Origin: Psammoneis japonica
Lineage: Eukaryota
Assembly: GCA_008632985.1 (NCBI GenBank)
Contig: QPGO01000199.1
Coordinates: 113,957-133,956, forward strand
DNA length: 20,000 nucleotides
Direction: 5' to 3'
In this document: positions 12,425 through 20,000 of the stretch, in pieces
Position numbering within the stretch: the first letter of the stretch is position 1
How the letters are laid out: every line of letters begins with the position of its first letter
The notes under the pieces: model-generated
What the model was told of the DNA's origin: nothing
The model's input: only the letters and a program-made list of their open reading frames with translations
Database searches by the model: none
Position numbers and translations under genes: made by a program

Positions 12425-14094
12425 CCGATCCGACTTTGTGGGAAATGCCTGGCCACCGTCCAAGTCTCCTCGGGTCATCTGTTGCATTCGGTTTGTCGGG
12501 CCTGTCCCACCACCAGACCATGTCACAGAAACCAAAATCCAAGTGCTCGCCCATTTCGGGTGTCTGACCAGTCACCTCTTCACACCCAGTCCTCTTGTCG
12601 CGACCTCTTGCCATGCGAGGTGCCAGCTCCGATTCACACACAAGACCAAAATCCCACAGTCGTTTCGGCACCTTTTTCTTTGTCATGCGCAGATGCCAGC
12701 ACTTGGCTGGGAACCCAATCTCTCTTTCTGCAGCATGACTCTGATTCTTGCGACCTTGTTCCGTCGTCCTGAGTTGGGTCCTCATTCGACGTGCATGCTT
12801 GACAAAGTCGGCATTTCGTCCGGCAAACTCTCCAGCTCCATCCGACATGAGATGTTCTGGCACACCCACGTCATCTGCAAAATCAACAAGAGACAGACCT
12901 GCCTCCGACCTTGCAGTCATTGGCACAACCTTTGCGAATTTGCCCTGAGTGCAAACATTGGCACAAGTGTTGCCGAGCAAAGACTTCACCTTAGATGTCA
13001 ACGTGTCCACAAACCATGTCCCTTTTAGTCGCTTCCGGTGCAAGTCCAGGTGGTCAACCCTGACTCTCCTTGACATTGGTTGAGTCGCCGTCCACACGCC
13101 ATGTTGTGTGGTTGCATTGATGGTGTCCTCAGCCGTTTCCAAGCCGACTTTCCACTTTCGTGCTAGCTCTTCAGCGTCGATCTTGGAGTGACGGTCCTTG
13201 CTGCGCAGCTCCTTGATGGATCTTGCCTTCTCATCCACGTCAGACCTGTGCGGGCAAGCCACGTTGACTGAACTGATGAGCCTGTCACAGAAGGTTTGAA
13301 GGTGACAAACTGGAGACAATTGGGTTGGTTCAGTTTCAACTTCGCTTGAGACTTGGCCCTGTTGCTCATCATTTCTGAAATTTGTTCCTGTTGCATGCCA
13401 GATGTCATTGATCGGATGGCNACACATTTCAGATTGCTCCCGTGTGCGCTGTGGCAAACCCATGTCGACTTCTGTTGGTTCCCATGCATCTCCTGTTGGC
13501 AGCATGACTGGTGAGTTCTTCTCCTCCCAATCCATTGGAACGCGAGACTTGAAAGATGCGATTGTCCCTGTGGAATTGAAAGGGATGAAAGCCTCATCAG
13601 CTTCGACTCCAAACCCATTTCGAGCATCGCAGGGGTTGTCATGTGCAGGCATGTTGCATGCTCGCAATTGATTGGGATTCAACAGTGAATGCTGCATGTC
13701 AGTGCCAAACCATGACATTTGGTCTCCGACCAGCAAATGCTCGCAACTCGTCTCCGGATCCGTCCATGCCGTGCAACAACGCGCCACAGGGACCTGTTCA
13801 ATCGGCTCACAAGAATCTAGAAACGGGTGTGCTTCACAGATTTTGTTTGACAATTCCATGAGTTTCCAGTTGGCTCCAGCACAACAAGCATCCGTGTGGG
13901 TGTCACATTCATTCCTTGCCATGAAACCGGGTGTCGTCATGTTCGTTGTCGCAGTTGACACGCCTTTTCGTCGTCTTTTCTTGCAAATGAAACATTGGGT
14001 GGGGTTCAGTTAACAACACAATGAGCAACATGAACACAAATGACATGTGTGCCAGATGCGCCAATGCTCCCGTAGCTGAAACCACCCCAATCAG

Positions 14095-15494
14095 TCAAGC
14101 ATGGCCTTGACAGGCTCCTCGACCGAAAGCCCGCCCATTCCTGCCACCGCGATCACGGTCAGCTCCGCGACCGCGGCCGCCACCTTGACCTTGTTGCTGC
14201 TCTTGGCCTTGACGATCTTGGACCTGAGCTTCGGCTGCCTGCCCATTGTCTCCGTCGCATCCACCTCTTCCTGCAGCACCTCCGCGTCCACCGCGACCAT
14301 GCATCCTTTCATGAGCTTGAAAGACGCAATTGAGGCCTCTGTCAAAGCGCCACCTTTCCCATTCCTGGTCGGCAAAGTTCCTCCCACAACCGCCGCGATG
14401 GAAACCACGGCCACCGCTGCCACCTCGGCCAACCTGAGAGATCTTGCGTTTCGCACAACGCTGGGCTTCCAACTGAGCACCTGCATGTGAACGAGAGACT
14501 TCGGATGAGAAACAAGCACACGCCCCCGCGAAGTCGCGAGGGTGCTGGCCGCAGCCGCCACAAGACAAGTGTCATCTGACTTGACACCCTTTTGAAGGAT
14601 CTCAACCTTCTGCCGAGCAGATGCACGTTCATCTGGGATCTCATCCAAGGTGGCAAAGGCACTGGCAAGTTTCTCCGTGAACTTCTCAAACGCAAGTGCT
14701 GCTTCCTTCTTGTGGAACAGTGTTTCGACATTGGCCTTCGCCAGATGAACCCGCTTGCTCAATTCTCCTTCTCCGTTGCAATGATTGACCCATGCCCAGA
14801 ATGCTGCGTGCCCATTTTCAGTTGCATTGTGCGGTTCAATCCAAGCCCATCCAGCCGCATCAATCAAACATTCCTTTGGCACACGGCAAACACGACGATT
14901 GTCCACATCAAATGCATCTCCGGCGAGTGGCAGTTGATGCATGCGTTGTTCCTGAGTGTCCACAAACACAGCCGGTGCAGGCATCCTCATCATGACACAT
15001 TTCAATGGTTCCTTCAGCACACCAAGTTTCTGCGCCAATGGATTCAAGAAGGCATCCTCGCACACATCAAAATCATCCGTCTTGAATTTGGCAAGGTCGC
15101 TGACCATTGCAGTTGACTCCGTAAATTCCTTTTCAATGCGCCTGCCATCCCTGGCTGCCGCCACAGCTGCATTGTTAAAGTTCCCCGCGACCAGCGGTTG
15201 ACTCCTTTTCGTCAAATCCCTTGACCACCATGCCAACGCCTGCAAGTTCCTAATTTGAATCATTCCCAGAATCACGTGACCATCGGCTGCCGTGCGATGA
15301 GCTGCCCTCTGGGCTAAGTCCTCCACATCGTGATCAGTTTCCATGACAGCAACATTCTCAAGAGCAGCAAACCCTCCACAGAAAACAAGCCTCGCCCCAG
15401 CATTCTGGTCAACCACACCGCAAACCTGCAAAACTGCATCTGCATCAGCCGCTGTGGCCAAAGCCGCAAGTGCCACTGCAGGTGCCACTGCCAT
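14095..15494 (-). pseudogene. gag: Copia gag-like ORF, frameshifted near 14560
   Basis: Long ORF between the 5' LTR and pol with CoDi-gag-like segments (NLQALAWW, CEDAFLN, DNRRVCRVPKECL, GWAWIEP...NGHAAF, HCNGEGELSKR) and a Gly/Arg-rich tail in ORF 14095..14568. The likely ATG is at 15494. Confidence 0.8.
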
Positions 15495-15891
15495 CCCACA
15501 AAAAGAAATTAGAGGCAAAAACCCACACAATGGGTTGCGATCAAGTGTGAGTGCGCATGGTGCAGGAGGCCACACCGGCCGGTGTTGTGATGATGGGTTC
15601 ACTCAGCCAACCGACTTCGGGGTGATCAGTCCCGTGTCGTTTTTGTCGTGAGCACACGCTCGGGCATGCCACCCAATGCCGCAGTCACCCCACACCCGTC
15701 ACCAACATGGAGACATTGACTGTCGTGCAAGCATTTTCTGTTGCAAGCTGTTTCCTTGGTTGATGTGTGCGACACAGATCATGCGCTGCACGCGACAACC
15801 TCCTTTCGACGCCACGCGCACAACTCAGCACATTTTCTACAGCTGCTCGTTCCATGCACACATTCACAACAAACAACCGTTCACGACGAGT

Positions 15892-16114
15892 TGTTCCCTT
15901 GTCCTTTTCCATCAGCGTCAATGGCTCTGACAAAGCGAACAAATCCCGATGCAGTCGTGTGAGATGACATTGTGCCTCAAGCCTGAGAGCAGCAGTGACA
16001 AACAAAGCAAACCCTGTTCCGATTGCATCGTGTGAGATTGTGTGGGAAAGAACAACAGCCAAACTGTGCGCGTCAGCCCCGGACCAGGGACTGACCACCC
16101 CATCCAGATTTGCT
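15892..16114 (-). repeat. 5' LTR of the copia element (outer ~40 bp missing or diverged)
   Basis: Matches 9051-9229. On the minus strand it plausibly ends GAACA at 15892, the inverted complement of the TGTTC start of the other LTR, implying an LTR of about 263 bp. Confidence 0.8.
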
Positions 16115-16129
16115 CGAAAAAACAGCGCC

Positions 16130-16259
16130 AATTTCCATCTGAACAAAAAAAACACACTTGCAAAGCCCCGATGGCTTGACGATTCATTCAAGTCATTTTA
16201 AGCCATTCAAACCTTTAGAGTCAAATGTGTGAGCATGGAATTTTAAAAAAATGGTCACT
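16130..16259 (+). repeat. Diverged direct repeat, copy 2 (partner at 8938-9045)
   Basis: Visual alignment to 8938-9045 with one internal indel of roughly 15-20 bp. Confidence 0.75.
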
Positions 16260-18675
16260 CAAAAAGTGACACCAACAGGAGTCAACAGGCAGACAGGCCC
16301 GAGTTGTGACAAAACAGCAGCTGTCATTGCCTCACAAGACACAAAATGCAAAACACAGGGCCAGCCCAACATTGTGACAATGACAGCAGCAAGGGAAGGC
16401 AACAGAAGAGGACAAGGGGGAGCAGAGCAATGTGGGAAGTGAGACACAGCAAATGAGTTGGTGAGTGAATGGAGCCATGGCAACAATGTGATCAACCAAG
16501 ACTTTTGTCAAATCTTTCAAAACAGACTTGTTGACACAAGGCAACACAGTGCAAGTGGAGCCAGAACAGAAGAAAGTCATGCAGGGGCTGCACAAAGGCA
16601 AGCAGAAATGCCATTTGCAACAAGCCTGTTCTGCAGAAAACATGCACAATGTGCTGATCTGTTGCACACTGTTTTCTTGTCTTTGCAGTCATGATGGCTG
16701 TGATGAGATGGCATGACAAGCATGAAAAGCACAAGGTCAGGACATGGAACAAATGAACAATGCAGACAAAGGAGAGCAAATGCAAGGAAAGATGCAATGA
16801 GCCAAACATCAAACAAGAGAATGACTGTGGCACGGAAGCCATGGCAGGAGAAAGAACAACACAAGGGGGGGGGGAGAGCAGGAAGCATTTTGGCATGTTT
16901 GCTGCAGAAAGGTCAAAAGCAGTTGGCACAAATTGCATTTAAATTGTGCACAGCCAATGAACAAGCATCTCAATGAGATGAGCCAAATGTTGTTGTTGTG
17001 AGAAATGAGCAATGTCAGAAAATGGACACAATTGAAACCTTGTCAAGAGCCAAAAATGCCATGTTGCCAGCTTCATCAATTGTTGTTTCCCACTTGGAAT
17101 CTTTGTTTGACAATTGGACATGAAATGAACAACTGCAAAAACATTGTGGTTGCAAGCCAATCAAGATGTCATGCACCAGTTGCCCACAAGAGCCAATCCA
17201 TTGAGTGCATTTTCCTGTTGAGTGCATTTCCTGCTTTGCATGAGGGAGGAGGGGGTGATGATTGAAATGGCTTGATTCACAGTTGGTCATCACTTGCTGC
17301 ACTCTCATTCAGCACACAGATGAATTCTCAATGAAAGCAATGATGTTTTCCAGACTTGGTGGTTGCTCCTCCATGGCAGCAAACAGGACAAAGTCTTGAC
17401 ACAAAGAAAGGCATCTTTTCAAGCTGCAACTTGTTTGAAATCCCAGGAGGTGCAAGCAACACAACAGCTTCAGGTGGGAAATGCAAGTGGAAGCATGTTG
17501 CCAGTGCCTTTGCACACTTGCATGGCAACAGCGCTGCCAAAGCCACAAACAAATGCCTGTTGAAAAGAGTCTGATCAGACTGGCACCTTTTTGGACTTGG
17601 GGTGATCTGACACCAAACAAGCACATGATCCAACACTGGTGACTTGGCACCTTGTTTTGCCAGGGCTGTTTGCTCTTGTTTTCAAGGAGCAACTTGCACC
17701 CTGTGCATCTTCTTCCAAGTCATCTGCTGTCTCCTCTTCCAAGTCTTCTGTTGTCTGACATTTGACCATGAACCTTGCTGCAGCCAATCAATTGGTTGTT
17801 GAAAAAAGAATTGTGAGATGCGACAACTGCACGATGTTTCGTAGAAACCGCAACGACATTTGGAACAAACTGTGGCATTGGACATGGCAGTGCTGTTCAA
17901 ATGACTTGCTGGCAGTCGCTCAATCGTCTTTGTCAACACCAGCCAGAGACAACAAATGCTTGTCGCAAAATGAAAGAGCTGTCATTGTGCGCTGCAATGT
18001 GACAATTGCAGGACATGTGCAACCTTGGTTGTCTGTCTCTCCACCCAGAGCAACAAAAAGAAGATTGCTTGGCATTGCAGTCAGACCCCCACACATTCAT
18101 TCATCTTGCTTCTTGACGTGTTTGAAGGCAGAACCAAAGATGTTCTTGCGCCAACCCCTGAGTTGACTGGCGGCTTCTGATTCGCCATTTTCACCTCCAC
18201 TTTCGGCGCATTCATTCTAAGTAGATTCCACGTACAAAGATACGGCGCGCATGGTGGATGCTGAAAAGTTGGACGTGCTCTCTTCACGAGATTTGTGCAC
18301 TGTACGTACCGTACTTTACGCACATGTCACAGTCATTTGTCAACGTCATTTGAGACATTTTTGTTAAATTGCGTACGTCATCGAGATTTGAAACTCAACA
18401 TCTAACATCTCTGCTCTCTCTTCTCACAAAATGGATCGCTGAAGATCGCTCCTCTTTATGTACCGTAGGGCCTACCATACAATAATTTCTCCATAGAGAG
18501 CATTGGCAACCACCTATTGTATTGCAACCTTGGGCTATTGCTCTTGATAACACACGCTACTCAATTGTATCTTGGCTGGTTGCGAGTCACAACATTGCAT
18601 AGCATTCGTTCAGCCACTGGGAAAGTGCTGTCGATCGGATATCGGAGCATCGAAGCTTTCCATCCGCTATTAACT

Positions 18676-18881
18676 ATCAAAGTCGATTCGTTCTTCTCAT
18701 CAAAACTGTGGCGTTGTCTCTCATTCTGAACGACTTCTCCATTCGACATCAGACAATGCTAGGCCGATGCTAGCCGCCATCAACTTCGATTTGGTCTTCT
18801 CATCAAAACGGTCGCGTTGTCTCTCGTTCTGAACGACATCTCAAGTCGACATCAGACAATACTACCCCGATGCTAGCCGCC
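18676..18881. repeat. Two-copy 103-bp tandem duplication
   Basis: ATCAA...CTTCTCATCAAAAC...GCGTTGTCTCTC.TTCTGAACGAC...TCGACATCAGACAAT.CTA...CGATGCTAGCCGCC occurs at 18676-18778 and 18779-18881. Confidence 0.9.
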
Positions 18882-20000
18882 GACCTTCGTTGACAAGCCA
18901 GTATGAGTTTACACGACAAGGCAAGTTTCAAACCAAACCAGGATTGAGTTCCTTCGACTCTACGAGTCTTCTATCCCTCAAGAACAGCTCCTCAAGTGAC
19001 GTCGCAGGTTACTCCTATTGTACCGTTGATTGACGTGTTTGTTTGGCGCGAGTCTACAAGCTTTTCGACTCAAGAACGTTCCATTGATCTGTTATCGAGT
19101 TTGCTACGTACAATTCGTACTACTGGTACATCAAGATGGCAAATACCAAAATTCCTCCGCCTAAGACTCCACAGACGGGCGAGAAACCGCCTTTAAAAGA
19201 ATCAGGCACCAGCGATCAAAGCCGATCACGGTGAGTCCAACGTTATAGGGTTGAGTTTGCACTTGTCGCACTTACAATTGGGTTTAAATGAACCGGGAAA
19301 CGATGGAAATGTTGAATTGAAGCAGCCTGTGGATCACACATAGTGACAGCTGATTACGATGCCGACTTGATTCTGACAGACTGCTATTGCGAGCGATACG
19401 GTTAACTTGCTGCGGATACCTCGGCATGTGCAAGCCAATCGAAGGACAACCGAATCGTTGTCAAGACGACTAAGAAGAAGTTTCTCTGGAACAAAAGAGT
19501 ACTTTGTTTCGCAGCAGGATAGCGGAACTCCAAGAAAATGTCTAGAAAAAGTTTAAGACTCTCAGAAGAACAAGGGAAAGTGATTACAGTGCGACTTGAA
19601 ACTTGGAAACGAAAACTGCAATGGTGAGCACGAAGGAGAAGAAATCTAGTCATATTACATATCGATAGTGAAGGAGTCGAGGCGTTGGGAGAAAGCTGTC
19701 CAAGCGCGTCAATTCGAGCGGAGAACACAAAAAGCAGTGTCGTAACTTTGTTCAGCCGCACAAGAAGCGAAAGAATCGAGTGGCGAAGTAGTGACATGCA
19801 GCAAAAGCCAGCGTAGATTACGAACTGAAGCCTTCGTGAAAAGATCACACTGGCCTGAAAATAAGTGCGGACACGACTTAGTGCGACGCAGAAGGTCGAG
19901 AATCAACATCAATTCTGTCGAACAGCTCAGCTCTTTTCAAGAGGCAAATATGATCTTGAGGATCCAATAACCACGATACCATAGGTTCCTACATACAAGG

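Larger units (their letters stand above)
9385..13961 (-). pseudogene. pol: Copia pol (aspartic protease, integrase, reverse transcriptase, RNase H), frameshifted and interrupted
   Basis: PR: ECDTHTDACCAGANW. IN DDE: WFVDTL / LMSDGAGEF / AAEREIG. Linker: LKDLKESNPIEVAEHAVAN...EPAFAWW. RT: VFDVKMDF..KARFVAGGH, DLENACLNA, ALHGLKSSG, LVCVDDIL (10470-10459). RNase H: FVDADHAG..RRSHSG, KRQNTVES, TNLADLFTK. Confidence 0.95.
9051..16114 (-). mobile_element. Degenerate Ty1/copia LTR retrotransposon (CoDi-like)
   Basis: Direct terminal repeats enclose gag and pol with the copia domain order PR-IN-RT-RNase H. There are multiple frameshifts and one nested insertion. Confidence 0.95.
4215..18215. other. 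TpA-depleted (A:T->G:C hypermutated) nested repeat domain
   Basis: Only about 40-45 TA dinucleotides found by eye in ~14 kb, with none seen in ~4790-6110, ~6155-8930 or ~16945-18215. TA is common in both flanks. ORFs in the domain are almost Tyr-free and rich in Cys and His. Confidence 0.95.

Noticed and set aside
9181..13028. Long plus-strand ORFs (9181..10296, 11329..12003, 12075..13028)
   Set aside because: These are antisense shadows of pol, open because TAA/TAG have been erased.
9385..15494. Alternative genetic code or RNA editing as the explanation for Tyr->Cys/His
   Set aside because: Flanking genes use Tyr normally, non-coding LTRs are equally affected, both strands are hit, and the LTR copies differ from one another.
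16116..16154. Intact outer end of the 5' LTR (ends AACA at the predicted position)
   Set aside because: The match to 9231-9269 needs several gaps, and the segment aligns better to the flanking repeat at 8938-8975.
4215..18215. Classical RIP or CpG deamination alone as the cause of the bias
   Set aside because: RIP increases TpA. CpG decay cannot remove TpA or turn Tyr codons into Cys/His, and CpG is retained within the copia.
19402..19912. ORFs at the right end
   Set aside because: Short, with no recognisable homology. The plus-strand frames look vaguely coding but contain stops.

Overview
Eukaryotic, intron-containing DNA. A diatom is likely, inferred from the CoDi-type copia element and the gene style. 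The left flank (1-~4200) holds two decayed genes: a membrane-anchored HExxHxxGxxH zinc metalloprotease and a 3' fragment of Snu114/EFTUD2. The central ~14 kb (~4215-18215) is a nested repeat block. An older, unclassified and also CpG-poor layer carries a frame-preserving tandem repeat. It surrounds a minus-strand Ty1/copia LTR retrotransposon (gag, PR, IN, RT, RNase H), whose integrase is interrupted by a 440-bp TRIM-like mini-LTR element with tRNA-like A/B boxes. The main signal is that this block has lost almost all TpA dinucleotides through TpA->TpG and TpA->CpA transitions. Conserved Tyr residues read Cys or His (RT YVDD->CVDD, LYGLK->LHGLK), TAA/TAG stops are nearly gone, and paired LTRs differ mainly by CA<->TG swaps and TA/TG differences. 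This points to a regional, post-insertion, double-strand A:T->G:C hypermutation of repeats, opposite in direction to fungal RIP. The flanks have ordinary TpA content. All counts were made by eye.
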